From assembly GCA_041665025.1 (NCBI GenBank), contig JBAYJP010000003.1, positions 129,236 through 193,235 on the forward strand: a stretch of 64,000 nucleotides of DNA. The letters run 5' to 3'. This DNA is from Candidatus Magasanikiibacteriota bacterium. Its GTDB lineage: Bacteria; Patescibacteriota; Patescibacteriia; Magasanikbacterales; UBA922. A model generated the notes under the pieces. The model saw only the letters and a program-made list of their open reading frames with translations. It was not told where the DNA came from and made no database searches. Made by a program: the position numbers and the translations under genes. Below are positions 48,264 through 60,193 of this stretch, one piece after another (positions within the stretch are counted from its first letter, which is position 1; each line of letters starts with the position of its first letter).

Positions 48264-49205
48264 TTATATCTGTCTAAAATACTCAATAGTCTTTGACAAT
48301 CCATCTTCCAATGCTACTTGGGGTTCCCACTTAAATTCTTTCTTAGCCAACGATATGTCTGGCTTTCGTCTTTTGGGGTCATCTAATGGCAGATTTTCAT
48401 ACACAATATTCGAACGAGAACTCGTAAATGTTAAGATCTTTTCTGCTAATTCAAACATTGAAAATTCAAATGGATTGCCGATGTTTACTGGACCAGTGAA
48501 ATCTATGCTACTCTCCTCCATAAGCCCCACAAGCCCTCTGACGAGATCATCCACATAACAAAAACTGCGCGTTTGACTCCCCTTACCATATATAGTCAAT
48601 GGTTCGCCGTGCAGTGCTTGGACAATAAAATTGCTCACTACTCTGCCGTCATCGGGACGCATACGAGGCCCATAGGTATTAAATATACGCGCAACTTTTA
48701 TTTTTAAATTATGCTGGCGGTGATAATCAAAAAATAATGCTTCGGCACACCTTTTGCCTTCGTCATAGCATGCGCGAATGCCAATAGGATTTACATTTCC
48801 TCTATAATCTTCAACCTGTGGATGTATTTCTGGATCCCCATACACTTCAGACGTTGAAGCTTGCAATACTTTTGCCTTATGTTTTCGGGCAAGTCCGAGT
48901 ACGTTGATAACTCCGATTGTATTTGCTTTTATCGTTCGAATTGGATTGACTTGATAGTGAATAGGCGAGGCAGGGCAAGCAAAATTATAAATCTCATCTA
49001 TTTTTTCATCAATAAAAAAAGGGGTAATAATATCGTGCTCCAAAAAACTAAATCTACTGTTGCCTATTAAATTTTTTATATTGTCCATTGAACCAGTGAA
49101 CAAATTATCAACGCATATAACATGATTCTCATCATTCAACAATTTCTCGCACAGATGTGATCCAATAAATCCAGCCCCACCGGTAACTAAGATATTTTTA
49201 TTCAT
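48264..49205 (-). CDS. UDP-glucuronate decarboxylase (UDP-xylose synthase) family SDR, second paralogue
   Basis: [19 protein letters not shown] and [17 protein letters not shown]...[11 protein letters not shown]. Confidence 0.75.
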   Translation of the reverse strand: MNKNILVTGGAGFIGSHLCEKLLNDENHVICVDNLFTGSMDNIKNLIGNSRFSFLEHDIITPFFIDEKIDEIYNFACPASPIHYQVNPIRTIKANTIGVINVLGLARKHKAKVLQASTSEVYGDPEIHPQVEDYRGNVNPIGIRACYDEGKRCAEALFFDYHRQHNLKIKVARIFNTYGPRMRPDDGRVVSNFIVQALHGEPLTIYGKGSQTRSFCYVDDLVRGLVGLMEESSIDFTGPVNIGNPFEFSMFELAEKILTFTSSRSNIVYENLPLDDPKRRKPDISLAKKEFKWEPQVALEDGLSKTIEYFRQI

Positions 49206-49215
49206 AATAAAAAAA

Positions 49216-50520
49216 CTAAAAAATAATCGTATTGATAGTCACTGGCTGAACACCCCAATCATCCGTATCTGTCCATACCAATTCTTTCGACTTCAAAAAC
49301 TCCCAATCCTGTAGCCCACTCAATGAAGCTTTTTCTAAATATTTGGTTCTCTGTTCCTGTCCGTGTAAAATGCTATATTGCCGAGCCTCTGCCGCTGTCA
49401 CTGAGTTTATCTCTACACCTCCAACGTTATGTAATCGATGGATAAATTCATCATCGTCTCCGCCATACCCCTGTATATCTTCATTGTGTCCCTTAACGTT
49501 GACATACAAATTCTTTGGAACGAACATGTTGCCATAATTCACTTCCGTACTGACTCTTCTGTCTATTGCGGCTCTCGTGACAACAAAGTTTGTCTTTATA
49601 TCCTTAATTTTGCTGATCCAATAGTTTAAATAGTCTTCGCGCAACAGTGTGTCTACATCAGAAAAGGCAATGATTTCAGATTCTACTCTCATATGCCTCA
49701 CTCCTAAATTTTTTGCTTTGCATGAGTTAAATTTTTTATTCTCTTTTAGACGCACTATCGTTATCTGCTTGAGCCATGGACTAAAATCTTTTTTTCCATT
49801 ATGTATAAAATCTTCAAGTTGTTCAGAAAAGTCATCTTCTGAATAATAATCAACCAGCAACAGTTCATAATCAACTCCCTGCTGCGATATAAGTGTCGGC
49901 ATACTCTTATTCCAATGCTCAACACGATTTTTTATCGTTACAATGAGAGAAACTTTATACGGTGATTTTACATTACACAACGGGATATCCTTATGCACAA
50001 AAACTGGCTCTTTATTTTCTAACGTAATTGCATTATATACATCATCCAGGTCCTGCCTATATATAAAATCAAAAGGAAATCCTTCTACTAATTTTCCCCG
50101 TAAAAAACATTTCCCTGATATTATTGGACGATCTAAAAACACTTTTGATTGCGTCTCCATAGAATGTGGCAGTAACAAAATGTCGTCTTTTGCCAATTGA
50201 GATAAGTAATCTTTCAACAATTTTTCATATGCTGGAAGGATATAATCTCGAGAACTATGTATAATTACAAATTGACCACGCGCCTGTATTACTCCCTCTG
50301 AGATAAGATCTTGAGGTTTTTTCCTTTCTTTTTCTGTAACAATTTTTATGTGTCCAATATCAGACAGACCCGAATTATCAAATCCTAAAGCATTGTCCAA
50401 TATTATAACTTCAAAAGAAATTTCTTTTATATTTGTAGTAAGTGAATCCAAAAATTTATTCAAAAAAAGAATATCTCCATCAAAAATAACTAAAAAGCTG
50501 ATAACAACTTCTTTTTCCAT
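49216..50520 (-). CDS. two-domain GT-A glycosyltransferase (GT2-like with galactosyltransferase-type C-terminal motif)
   Basis: Two nucleotide-sugar binding regions; [10 protein letters not shown] resembles the GWGGEDD block of GT2/GT7 C-terminal domains. Confidence 0.5.
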   Translation of the reverse strand: MEKEVVISFLVIFDGDILFLNKFLDSLTTNIKEISFEVIILDNALGFDNSGLSDIGHIKIVTEKERKKPQDLISEGVIQARGQFVIIHSSRDYILPAYEKLLKDYLSQLAKDDILLLPHSMETQSKVFLDRPIISGKCFLRGKLVEGFPFDFIYRQDLDDVYNAITLENKEPVFVHKDIPLCNVKSPYKVSLIVTIKNRVEHWNKSMPTLISQQGVDYELLLVDYYSEDDFSEQLEDFIHNGKKDFSPWLKQITIVRLKENKKFNSCKAKNLGVRHMRVESEIIAFSDVDTLLREDYLNYWISKIKDIKTNFVVTRAAIDRRVSTEVNYGNMFVPKNLYVNVKGHNEDIQGYGGDDDEFIHRLHNVGGVEINSVTAAEARQYSILHGQEQRTKYLEKASLSGLQDWEFLKSKELVWTDTDDWGVQPVTINTIIF

Positions 50521-50542
50521 ATAATCTCTTCCTCCCCTGAAA

Positions 50543-51601
50543 TTAAACTAATTTAGAATATATCTTATCAATATATTGTTGACAAATTTTTTCTAAACTA
50601 TATTCCTTTACTGTTTCTAAACCATTATGTATCAGCTTGGATCTCAAGGACTCATCCAACAATACTCTTTTTGTTTTCTCGTATAATGTCCCAACATCTT
50701 CAATGGGAGATAGCATTCCATTTACGCCATCAGCGATAACATCAGGCGCCATCCCCACCCGTGTTGAAATCAAAGGGACTCCACATGACAGAGATTCTAA
50801 TATAGCTTTGGGACCTCCTTCAACTCTCGATGTTACCAAATACGCATCGAGACAATTATAGTACTCAACAATATCAAAATAATTTTTTAAATAATGATGA
50901 GTATAACTAATTCCTGCCTTTTTCAACCTTTGTGTTACATAGCCTCGAGCTGGCCCCGTCAATAAAATATGGATATCGAACTGTTTAGCAAGCTTTTCTA
51001 CCACATCACAAAATATATCCGGCCCTTTTACTAATTTTGGCTCGATTCCTTCTCCCCACCCATCTCCATCTTTTTGGAAGGAACCAATAATTATTTTATC
51101 TTGAGGGAGACCTATTTTTTCTTTGCTCATTATTTTTCTTTCTTGCGTAAATCTCTTAAAAATATGTACGTCTATACTTTCCGGGATGACAACGATCTTA
51201 TGTGGATCGCAGCCTAGTCGTATCAACTGCTCACGCGTGCCGGAGCATGCCGTATGAATAATATCCACAATGGCGTTTAACTCCTGCACAAACTTATTTC
51301 GAGGGTCATCCTTTACCACATGATACCATGTAAGCACGACTTTATTACTTTTAGAAGAATTAATAACCTTATTATGTTTGATTAAGGTGCCCATGCTGGC
51401 AAAATGAATGATCCGTTTTCTCAATAAATATGGAGTATACGTAAAATTTGAAGAATAGCTATGTGCTTCAAGCTCGTCAATCATTTCTTTGCTGATTTGT
51501 TGTATCACCCAATCTGCAGGTTCACTAATAAAAACAATAGAATCTCTACCGAGTATATTACAGCTAAAAAATCTTTTTATAATATCAAATTTACTTAACA
51601 T
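50543..51601 (-). CDS. GT4 glycosyltransferase
   Basis: GGPKAILESLSCGVPLISTRVGMAPDVIADGVNG. Confidence 0.75.
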   Translation of the reverse strand: MLSKFDIIKRFFSCNILGRDSIVFISEPADWVIQQISKEMIDELEAHSYSSNFTYTPYLLRKRIIHFASMGTLIKHNKVINSSKSNKVVLTWYHVVKDDPRNKFVQELNAIVDIIHTACSGTREQLIRLGCDPHKIVVIPESIDVHIFKRFTQERKIMSKEKIGLPQDKIIIGSFQKDGDGWGEGIEPKLVKGPDIFCDVVEKLAKQFDIHILLTGPARGYVTQRLKKAGISYTHHYLKNYFDIVEYYNCLDAYLVTSRVEGGPKAILESLSCGVPLISTRVGMAPDVIADGVNGMLSPIEDVGTLYEKTKRVLLDESLRSKLIHNGLETVKEYSLEKICQQYIDKIYSKLV

Positions 51602-51608
51602 AAATTAA

Positions 51609-52595
51609 TTATTCTAAAACTCTAATGTCACTTTCTACCATAATTGCAACCAATTCTTTAAAACTCGTATGTGGCTTCCAGCCAAGTTTTTCTTTTGCTT
51701 TTGTATAATCCCCGATGAGATAGTCTACTTCTGTGGGCCTCAAAAATCGTTCATCAAATGCCACATATTTTTTCCAATCCAAATCAATATATTGAAACGC
51801 TTCTTGTAGAAAATCCTTAACAGAGTGAGTTTCTCCAGTTGCGATAACATAATCATCTGGCTCATCCTGCTGGAGCATGAGCCACATAGCCTCAACATAT
51901 TCTTTGGCATATCCCCAATCTCGTTGTGCATCCAAATTTCCCAAAACCAACTTGTCCCGTAACCCATTTTTTATTTCTGCAACTGCTTTGGTAATTTTAC
52001 GTGTGACAAAATTTTCTCCTCTTCGAGGTGATTCATGATTAAAAAGAATACCAGAGCACGCAAAAAGATTATAGCTTTCTCGATAATTTACTGTCTGGTA
52101 ATGTGCAAACACCTTTGAGCATGCATACGGACTCCTCGGATAGAACGGGGTTTTTTCATTTTGTGGAGATTCCAAAACTTTTCCATACATCTCGCTGCTT
52201 GATGCTTGATAAAATTTAGTTTTTAGTCCTATGTTCCTAATCGCTTCTAGCAGACGCAAAGCTCCAAGTGCGGTAACATCTGCCGTATATACGGGTATGT
52301 CAAAACTGATACGTACGTGGCTTTGTGCGGCGAGGTTATACACCTCATCTGGCTGAACTTCATATAATAACCTTGATATATTCGTACCATCAAGCAGATC
52401 TCCATAATGTAGAAAAAGATCTCTATCCTTATGCATTGGGTATAAATGTTCCAAACGAGTCCGCTCTACGGTGCTATTGCGCCTCACTATACCATGAACT
52501 TCATACCCTTTTTCAAGCAATAATTCAGCGAGATATGAACCATCTTGCCCTGTGATACCCGTAATTATAGCTTTTTTCATAGTATTAGTTGACAT
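51609..52595 (-). CDS. gmd: GDP-mannose 4,6-dehydratase
   Basis: [33 protein letters not shown] matches the Gmd N-terminus. Confidence 0.85.
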   Translation of the reverse strand: MSTNTMKKAIITGITGQDGSYLAELLLEKGYEVHGIVRRNSTVERTRLEHLYPMHKDRDLFLHYGDLLDGTNISRLLYEVQPDEVYNLAAQSHVRISFDIPVYTADVTALGALRLLEAIRNIGLKTKFYQASSSEMYGKVLESPQNEKTPFYPRSPYACSKVFAHYQTVNYRESYNLFACSGILFNHESPRRGENFVTRKITKAVAEIKNGLRDKLVLGNLDAQRDWGYAKEYVEAMWLMLQQDEPDDYVIATGETHSVKDFLQEAFQYIDLDWKKYVAFDERFLRPTEVDYLIGDYTKAKEKLGWKPHTSFKELVAIMVESDIRVLE

Positions 52596-53499
52596 TTTTT
52601 AAATGATAATTATATATGTCTTGAATCATACGACCATAACTAATCTCCATATTCCATAATATTTTTTGTTTTAAAAAATTATTATTGCCATATATAACAG
52701 ATGGATTTTTCTTGTGCGCTGTCCTCTCATTAATTTTAATATCTAACTCATCAAGTCCTGATAATAACTTAAATTTTTCTATGATTTTTTCTAAGGATAT
52801 TGGCTCTCCTCTACAGACATTACATATTATTGCAGATTCTTCCTGTTCCAGTAAGAGGCGATAAGCACGTACGACATCCCTTACATCAGATATATCCCTT
52901 TCAATATCTACAGCACCGAGCTCCAGAGCACCCCTCAACCCTTTTTTTATTTCCACAATCTGTTTAGCTATCAAGGGAACTACAAATTGATCACTTTGTC
53001 CAGGCCCAGTATGATTAAAACTTCGGGTAATAACAATTGGTAGTGTCGTATAATATTCAGATACCAGCTTCTCTTGCATTATGCGGGATTCAGCATAAAC
53101 ACCTGTACCCAAAAGAGGATGTGTCTCCTTAATTGGAAGCGTCTGTGGATCACCATATACATGCGAAGAACTTACGACAAGTACTCGTGGCAGATCATGT
53201 AGCGAACAGGCAACCTCCAATACATTTTTTGTACCATCAACATTGATATTAAATGTTAATTCTTTATTTTCTTCTGCGAAATTCGGTGAACTTATTCCTG
53301 CAAGGTGAAAAATATACTTAGGTTTAATTTCCAAGATTATTTTCTGTAATTTCAATGCATCTATTATATCGACGTCATAACAATTTCTATTGCTGGCCTT
53401 TTTATCTATCCCATATACTTCATAACCCGCCGACAGAAGTTCTGCTCGTAAGTATGGTCCTACAAATCCATTTATTCCCGTGATCAAAGCCACTTTCAT
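52585..53499 (-). CDS. GDP-4-keto-6-deoxy-D-mannose reductase-like SDR (Rmd/Fcl-type)
   Basis: [21 protein letters not shown]; lies immediately downstream of gmd. The track start (GTG at 53562) was replaced by ATG at 53499. Confidence 0.6.
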   Translation of the reverse strand: MKVALITGINGFVGPYLRAELLSAGYEVYGIDKKASNRNCYDVDIIDALKLQKIILEIKPKYIFHLAGISSPNFAEENKELTFNINVDGTKNVLEVACSLHDLPRVLVVSSSHVYGDPQTLPIKETHPLLGTGVYAESRIMQEKLVSEYYTTLPIVITRSFNHTGPGQSDQFVVPLIAKQIVEIKKGLRGALELGAVDIERDISDVRDVVRAYRLLLEQEESAIICNVCRGEPISLEKIIEKFKLLSGLDELDIKINERTAHKKNPSVIYGNNNFLKQKILWNMEISYGRMIQDIYNYHLKNVN

Positions 53500-54155
53500 A
53501 TAGATGTTTTTATCACTCCCCAAAACTCTCCAAATTGAATTGAATACTCCTGGATGTTCCACCCAGACTTTTCTAACTCATTTCTCAAAATAGGGAGAGT
53601 ATATTCAATATAATGTGTCTTATCAAGACGGTACTCCAGACCATGCTCCTTTTTATACAATACAATCCAATCTCGATCAAGCATAGGTACACGTAAAAGT
53701 ATAGTATCTGATACCGCATGTAATTTCTTCAAAAAATCAATTCTATTCTCTATGTGTTCTAAAACATTTGAAAAAACAATTTTATCAAACCGCTGCCCAA
53801 ACTGGCATGTAGTGACATCACTAGCAATAAACTCCAAATTACCGCGAACAAAATGTTTTTTTGCATATATAATATTTTTTTGATTTATATCAATGCCTAT
53901 CACCTTTTGAGTTTTTTCAGCGATATCAAAGGCGTTCTCGCCTGTTCCACATCCAATATCTATTACCTTATCCATAGGATCAATATAACGCTTAAAAAAA
54001 TCATGATAACCCAAAATTCGATGTTTAGGATGGGAACCATTGTTTTCTACTATTGCTAGTTTAGAAATTACTTTGTAAGAAAAATTATGCAAATAAACAA
54101 AGCAATACAATAATAGTCTATGCATAAAATGATATTTTAATATTGCATCAAACAT
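53496..54155 (-). CDS. class I SAM-dependent methyltransferase
   Basis: VIDIGCGTGENAFDIAEK. Confidence 0.7.
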   Translation of the reverse strand: MFDAILKYHFMHRLLLYCFVYLHNFSYKVISKLAIVENNGSHPKHRILGYHDFFKRYIDPMDKVIDIGCGTGENAFDIAEKTQKVIGIDINQKNIIYAKKHFVRGNLEFIASDVTTCQFGQRFDKIVFSNVLEHIENRIDFLKKLHAVSDTILLRVPMLDRDWIVLYKKEHGLEYRLDKTHYIEYTLPILRNELEKSGWNIQEYSIQFGEFWGVIKTSI

Positions 54156-54158
54156 ATA

Positions 54159-54956
54159 TTATTTTTCCTTAAGCTCAAATACAAGTAAAACACTATGTGA
54201 GCTTAAGGGGGAAATCAATTTACCGAGCATGTTCCGAAATATTTTGCACATGACATTTTTTGAACTATACAATAACTGCAAAGGAAATTTGAGCAGGGAG
54301 ACTTCGTCTTTCAACCCCTTTATCCCATCAAGGTATCGTGTCTCGCGCAGAATAAAATCTGATTCCTCAAACGCATTTATTACCTTTCGATGGTCGAGAC
54401 AAAACTGATAAAAATTGTTTAAGTCGACGCTTTCAGAAAATGAAGGATATATGCTGAGCCACGCCTTAAGGCGGCGTAATCGCGATAGATGAGGAAAAGT
54501 TATAAACAAAAAACTGCCACCTCTAAGCACCCGCTTTATTTCACTTATTATACTTTCATAGCCATCATAAAAATGTTCAATCACGCCTAAAGACCAATAC
54601 CCATCAAAAAAATTATCCGAATACGGCAACGAACGCACGTCTCCTTTTGTTACTCTTAGATTAGGAAAAGACGATTGTATTCTTTTTACTGTTTCATCTG
54701 CAAAATCAATTCCATATGTCTCAAAACCTAATTTATCAAGTGCATACACATACTGTCCACGCCCACAACCGCCTTCTAATATTTTTGATCCTCTCATCAG
54801 GTATTTTTTAGTGATGCTACACACATAGCTTCTGCGAGAAACAGAAATTACTGAATTATAAAATTCCTGATCAACCCAAGTTTTATCCCAAAACTCAGGA
54901 CTTGCTTTCTCCTCAATATATACCAAACGATTCATGCAATAATCGAAATACATCAT
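54159..54956 (-). CDS. class I SAM-dependent methyltransferase
   Basis: ILEGGCGRGQYVYAL. The track start is TTG (54992), so the ATG-ATG at 54956 was used. Confidence 0.65.
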   Translation of the reverse strand: MMYFDYCMNRLVYIEEKASPEFWDKTWVDQEFYNSVISVSRRSYVCSITKKYLMRGSKILEGGCGRGQYVYALDKLGFETYGIDFADETVKRIQSSFPNLRVTKGDVRSLPYSDNFFDGYWSLGVIEHFYDGYESIISEIKRVLRGGSFLFITFPHLSRLRRLKAWLSIYPSFSESVDLNNFYQFCLDHRKVINAFEESDFILRETRYLDGIKGLKDEVSLLKFPLQLLYSSKNVMCKIFRNMLGKLISPLSSHSVLLVFELKEK

Positions 54957-54963
54957 ATCCACA

Positions 54964-56082
54964 TTACGACAAAAGACATGAATATAATACAAGCTCTTTT
55001 TTGGAAATTTTTTTCAATGTATAGTGTTCCACTGCTCTTTCACGTGCTGTTTTTCCCAATTGCAAACACATCTGTGGATTTTTTAATAATGTCTCAATTC
55101 CACACCGAATTTCTTTACTCCCAATGCCCGTCAAAAAGCCGGTTACGCCATGTTCAATAAGAGTATTAATTCCTCGCACATTGGTAGCTACGACTGGCAA
55201 GCCTGAAGCCATTGCTTCCAAAATCACCTTTGGGTTACCTTCGTACAAACTCGGCAAGACAAAGACATCCGCCTGCTTCATATAGTTGGCTACTTCGGCA
55301 TATGAAGCTTTACCTTTGAAGACAACTGGCGCTTGAGAATTCTTCGCCTGTCCTTCCAACGAAGCGCGTTCCTCACCATCTCCAACAATCAGCAATTGAA
55401 CATTCGGTAAATTACATACAGCTTCAATCAAATTTCCTAAATTTTTTTCTTTTGACAATCTACCCACATACAACAGTGTCCTCACCGAGCCATCTCCTCC
55501 CCCTATCTTGGGAGAGAATAATTCAGTGTCAACAAAATTAGGTATAACAGTAACATGTGTAGCAAAAAATTGATAATATTCTGCGTCTTCTCGTGTCGTA
55601 GCAATTGCGTAGTCAGCATTCATCAGGGCTAGTCGTTCGATCATCCGTGCTATTGTCTTTCGAAAAATATCAAGGTGACGTGCATTGGTGCTCAATCTAA
55701 ATCCCGCGCGTACCACTAAAGGCTTATGAAAAAACCATTTGGCAATAACCGCACTCCAGCTTCCATACATTTGATTTGTCTTATATATAGTAGCAGACGA
55801 CAATAATTTCCTATGTACGAATGGCATAAACAAAGAATACAAGAAATTGGGAAGCCAAGACGAATTAGGAACAACGATTAAATCCTTGTCTATCTCTTTA
55901 TGATTGGACAATGTATCATAAGTAAAAAAATAAATTTTTTTAAAAAATGGTATCAACCGAGTATACAACGCGAGTTCTCGATCTATGATGCCTTGTCTCT
56001 GCCATGTTTCAATTCCTACACCATAGCTAAAAAATACTGCTAAAACTAAATCATTTTTTTTATTGTTGTTCTCTACACCCAT
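54964..56082 (-). CDS. GT4 glycosyltransferase
   Basis: EGNPKVILEAMASGLPVVATNVRG. The track start is TTG; the ATG at 56082 was used. Confidence 0.75.
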   Translation of the reverse strand: MGVENNNKKNDLVLAVFFSYGVGIETWQRQGIIDRELALYTRLIPFFKKIYFFTYDTLSNHKEIDKDLIVVPNSSWLPNFLYSLFMPFVHRKLLSSATIYKTNQMYGSWSAVIAKWFFHKPLVVRAGFRLSTNARHLDIFRKTIARMIERLALMNADYAIATTREDAEYYQFFATHVTVIPNFVDTELFSPKIGGGDGSVRTLLYVGRLSKEKNLGNLIEAVCNLPNVQLLIVGDGEERASLEGQAKNSQAPVVFKGKASYAEVANYMKQADVFVLPSLYEGNPKVILEAMASGLPVVATNVRGINTLIEHGVTGFLTGIGSKEIRCGIETLLKNPQMCLQLGKTARERAVEHYTLKKISKKELVLYSCLLS

Positions 56083-56122
56083 ACCATTAAAAATGCTCAA
56101 TAAAGTCGAAACACGTATGTTC

Positions 56123-56917
56123 CTACTTTATACGATTGCACAAGAAATTCTTCAATTTAAGCGGCAGACAAAACAAAACAAAACGTACACAAATATTCCC
56201 AATACCGTCCCAAAATGGATATCCATACTTCTTTACTGCCCGCCACCGAGCTCGAATGGCATCATATTGCTGTCTCTTACTGCTGAGCGAAATATTTTGT
56301 ATATGTTCTCTTCGATATATTAACTTTTTATCCAAATTAGCGACAGTATATTTCCGCGCCGCTCTCAAAAGTAATTCATAATCCTGACTATTCTTGAATG
56401 TTTCATCATAGAAGCCTACGTCATCAAAGACTGACTTCTTTATCATGAGAGAACCGTGAATAAACTGATTGTTAAAAAGCATTTTTTTTACAATATCTTT
56501 ATGACCAGTCAAAACAGATTTTATGCCAATTTCCTTTCCATTCTCATTTATAATCCGTGCACTTGTACCCAAAACTGCTACGTCAGAATATTGTCCAAAA
56601 AAATTAAGCTGTTCTGCAATTCTATTTTTATTCGAAATATCGTCGGCGTCCATTCGTGCTATGTATACACCCCGTGCCTCACGAATTGCCTTGTTAAGAG
56701 AAAGAGTCAGACCGAGTCGTGAAGAATTGACTAATACCCTGACACGATTATCAACCGCTGTATAACTTTCCAAAATCCCCGCTGTATTATCTGTGGACCC
56801 ATCATTTATGATGATAAATTCAAAGTCAGTGTATGTCTGGTTAAGAATGCTATCTATTGCATCTGCCAAATACCGAGCCCCGTTGTAGACACTCATTATT
56901 ACAGAAACTTTGAACAT
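56123..56917 (-). CDS. GT2 glycosyltransferase
   Basis: VSVIMSVYNGARYLADAIDSILNQTYTDFEFIIINDGSTDNT. Confidence 0.8.
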   Translation of the reverse strand: MFKVSVIMSVYNGARYLADAIDSILNQTYTDFEFIIINDGSTDNTAGILESYTAVDNRVRVLVNSSRLGLTLSLNKAIREARGVYIARMDADDISNKNRIAEQLNFFGQYSDVAVLGTSARIINENGKEIGIKSVLTGHKDIVKKMLFNNQFIHGSLMIKKSVFDDVGFYDETFKNSQDYELLLRAARKYTVANLDKKLIYRREHIQNISLSSKRQQYDAIRARWRAVKKYGYPFWDGIGNICVRFVLFCLPLKLKNFLCNRIK

Positions 56918-56988
56918 AAAAATAGCTAATTATTGCCAAAAATTAGTAACTATAGTATGCTATAAACACTAAAAAAAGTCAACCCAGT

Positions 56989-58197
56989 ATGACCAATAAA
57001 AAAATACTATTTGTTATCACTCAAGGTGAATGGGGCGGTGCTCAACGCTATGTTTTTGATATAGCGACGCGTCTAGATAATGACTTTGACATAACCATCG
57101 CGATTGGTGAATTGAGAGCAAAAAACGATTTACAAGAAAAAATCAAAAGATTGTCCGACCAAGTCGAATCCGTCTTGGACGGAAAAGATCAAAAGATCAA
57201 AATAGTGGAACTTAGACATTTGATTCGAGCCATCTCCCCTATGCATGATATTTTAGCAATTTTTGAATTACGCAGGTTATATAAAATCCTCAAGCCAAAC
57301 ATTATACATCTCAACAGTTCTAAAGCTGGAATCGTTGGCTCAGTGGCAAAATCTTTAATCTTCAATCTTGAGTCTTCAACTATTTATACCGTGCATGGCT
57401 GGGTCTTCAATGAACCCACACGCAAAATTGGACGACTCCTCTACCGTTTCCTAGAAAAAATAACATCTCGATGGAAAGACAAGATCATTGTTTTATCAGA
57501 TAGAGATTTGCGAGATGGAATTAAACTTGGAATTGATAAAAGTAAATTTGTTAAAATACCCTTAGGCATCAAAATACCTCATTTCTTACACAAAGAAGAA
57601 GCAAGGGGAATATTGTCCAAAATATCCAATATCCAATATCCAATATCCAATATCCTCGTCGGTACAATTGCCAATCTCTACCCCAGTAAAGGTATTGATG
57701 TTTTAATTGAGGCTGCAAAAATTATCAATATCCAATATCCAATATCCAATATCCAATTTGTTGTCATCGGCGAAGGCTCAGAAAGAAAAAAACTTGAATC
57801 ACTGATTGCCAATTATAAACTGCAAAATATACATTTGATTGGTTCAGTTGAAAACGCTGCACAATATCTAAAAGCTTTTGATATCTTCGTTCTCCCCTCG
57901 AGAAAAGAGGGGCTCCCCTATACACTATTGGAAGCAATGTCTGCAGGGTTGCCCATTATAGCATCGGACGTTGGTGGCATTAGTTCGCTCATTGACAATA
58001 AGATCAATGGTTTAATAATCCCTCATGGACAACCAGAGAAACTTACAAAAATGATAGTGAGTTTATCTTGCAATACTAAACTTAGAGAAGAAATAAAAAA
58101 GCACGTAGTATCCAACTCACGTGCCTTTGACATTAAAGACATGATTACTCAGTTACAGGCTCTGTTTCTATCATTATCTCGGGAAGATTCAAAATAG
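56989..58197 (+). CDS. GT4 glycosyltransferase carrying two internal heptanucleotide repeat tracts
   Basis: C-terminal EGLPYTLLEAMSAGLPIIASDVGG. The repeats encode ISNIQYPISNI twice. Confidence 0.75.
   Translation: MTNKKILFVITQGEWGGAQRYVFDIATRLDNDFDITIAIGELRAKNDLQEKIKRLSDQVESVLDGKDQKIKIVELRHLIRAISPMHDILAIFELRRLYKILKPNIIHLNSSKAGIVGSVAKSLIFNLESSTIYTVHGWVFNEPTRKIGRLLYRFLEKITSRWKDKIIVLSDRDLRDGIKLGIDKSKFVKIPLGIKIPHFLHKEEARGILSKISNIQYPISNILVGTIANLYPSKGIDVLIEAAKIINIQYPISNIQFVVIGEGSERKKLESLIANYKLQNIHLIGSVENAAQYLKAFDIFVLPSRKEGLPYTLLEAMSAGLPIIASDVGGISSLIDNKINGLIIPHGQPEKLTKMIVSLSCNTKLREEIKKHVVSNSRAFDIKDMITQLQALFLSLSREDSK
57621..57655 (+). repeat. (AATATCC)x5 heptanucleotide tract inside a GT4 coding sequence
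   Basis: Direct count in sequence. The unit length is not a multiple of 3. Confidence 0.8.
57727..57754 (+). repeat. (AATATCC)x4 heptanucleotide tract inside the same GT4 coding sequence
   Basis: Direct count in sequence. Confidence 0.8.
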
Positions 58198-60193
58198 CGT
58201 CCCTGACTTGTTTACCTTCACTATGAAAATTGACACCCTGTGCTTCTGCTTCACGTAGTAGCTCTTTTGCTTCAGTTATCTTTCCAGTCTCTTTTAAATA
58301 CACTGCTTTTCTCCACCAGCCTTCCTGAACCAATGGTTCATCTTGAATTGTCTGATCTACAAGAGCAAAAGCTTCATCAACTTTTCCCAACTGGATTTTA
58401 ATCACAGACAAAAAATATCTTATCTGTTGTCTTTTTGGCGAATATTGTTGAGCTTCAGTCAATATATTTTCTGCGGTTAGCAGGTAGGATAAATTTTGAG
58501 TAAGTCGTGCGCCATCCTGCGCAGTCTGGGCCATCTGAAGATGATAGCGAATATCCATGGGATGCAATTGCCTATTTTGTTCCAACAGATCCATCACAAA
58601 ATCTACCACCTGTTTTGCAGACTCAGTATTTTCTACTGTCTTTGAGGCGCTAATACCTGATCCGGTAACTCGCGCGACATCAGCACGTATGTCATCGATA
58701 TGTGGCGACGATATATTTTTTATTTTTTCAAGATCTTCACGCAAGGTTGCACCATTATTAGCTTGAAAATTCCTCAACAAATCGACAGTCGCTATATTTG
58801 CTCGCGCAGGATTGATATCGGTCGAGTACACCAACAATAATACTCCCGCAAATACCAACCCCAAAGTCCCCCAAGAAATATATTTTGCTTTATATTCCTT
58901 ATCCAAAATACCTTGACGAGCCATACTATTGATCATCGCCAAAAAGAAAAAGAAATATAGATACGAGGTAAGATTTTCAAAAACAAAAAAATTATGTACA
59001 AAATGAGCGCCCAAAAAGGAAACTCCATATATGAGTACATAGCGGTCGCCGTTTCCTCTTTTGTACTGCATGATCAATACTCCAAACGGCACAATAAACA
59101 ACGCAAGGTAAGATATAATGCCAATAAGACCTTGCTCAGCAAGTATGTTTAATACTGCATTGTGCGCATTGTCAAACCATGTCTCACCATACCCATGACG
59201 CAAAAAAGCAGGGTGGTAATATTTGTTAAAAGCATAATAATAATTCGTGGGACCCCATCCAAATACAGGTTTTTCTTTCCATGCCTCAATAGCTATTTCC
59301 CATGCCATAATACGGGTGTCGGCTGAATCTCGAGTTATGGAAGTATTTAATAATCTGCCAAATCCTGGTATACCTTTGACTACTGCACTCTCTCTAAATA
59401 AAAACGATAGTCCACCCACGATAACCAAACAGAAAAAAACCAATGCCATAATCTTTGACAATCGGCGATTCTTTGATGAAACTAGATATAGGACAAAGAC
59501 TGTTAGTACAGAGGCGAAAAATCCCAACATAGTACCGCGAGTTCCACTCAAAAAAATTGCTACTATACTAAATACAATTCCAATCAAAGCGTATATTTTC
59601 CATGCTCTATGTGTTTCCCATGCCCCAAGCAAGGCTGCGACAAACAACAAAAATAGTGCATATCCGCCATAATAAATTGGATTCCCCAAAGTCGAAGACA
59701 CGCGATCACTGCCGCGATTCAAAAGAAAATCCCGGTTGAAATATTGAATAAAACCAATAACTAAAACAACGAGTCCTGCTGAAAGAAAAAAACGTAAAAA
59801 TAATTTCCATTCTTCTTTTGTCTTAAAAACGCTCGTTATAATCAAATAATATAAGACATAATGAATCAATGTAAATGCACCGAGCATGCGTTCATGATTA
59901 TCCCACAGACTTCTGTACCAATCAACTCCTATAAACGTAGAAAAAATTTTACTTGCCAAAAAAATCATCACGGATACTGAAATGACCGATGCAATCTGTG
60001 GTTTATATTTCGCCCAATTTGATAGTGCAAGAATAATATAAGCTCCAAACATCAAAAGTATAATACTGCGCAGTACCACAATCTTGGGTACGATAAAAGG
60101 AAAAATAAAATGTGATGGAACTACGATAAGTGGAACAAAAAAACTTACAATAAGAAGCAGTAAAATAAACATCTTAATATACTTTTCTCTCAT
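58145..60193 (-). CDS. O-antigen ligase-like (Wzy_C) polytopic membrane protein fused to C-terminal TPR repeats
   Basis: About 12 TM helices, then a TPR-like helical domain. The track start is TTG; the ATG at 60193 (MREKYIKMFILLLL) was used. Confidence 0.65.
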   Translation of the reverse strand: MREKYIKMFILLLLIVSFFVPLIVVPSHFIFPFIVPKIVVLRSIILLMFGAYIILALSNWAKYKPQIASVISVSVMIFLASKIFSTFIGVDWYRSLWDNHERMLGAFTLIHYVLYYLIITSVFKTKEEWKLFLRFFLSAGLVVLVIGFIQYFNRDFLLNRGSDRVSSTLGNPIYYGGYALFLLFVAALLGAWETHRAWKIYALIGIVFSIVAIFLSGTRGTMLGFFASVLTVFVLYLVSSKNRRLSKIMALVFFCLVIVGGLSFLFRESAVVKGIPGFGRLLNTSITRDSADTRIMAWEIAIEAWKEKPVFGWGPTNYYYAFNKYYHPAFLRHGYGETWFDNAHNAVLNILAEQGLIGIISYLALFIVPFGVLIMQYKRGNGDRYVLIYGVSFLGAHFVHNFFVFENLTSYLYFFFFLAMINSMARQGILDKEYKAKYISWGTLGLVFAGVLLLVYSTDINPARANIATVDLLRNFQANNGATLREDLEKIKNISSPHIDDIRADVARVTGSGISASKTVENTESAKQVVDFVMDLLEQNRQLHPMDIRYHLQMAQTAQDGARLTQNLSYLLTAENILTEAQQYSPKRQQIRYFLSVIKIQLGKVDEAFALVDQTIQDEPLVQEGWWRKAVYLKETGKITEAKELLREAEAQGVNFHSEGKQVRDAILNLPEIMIETEPVTE

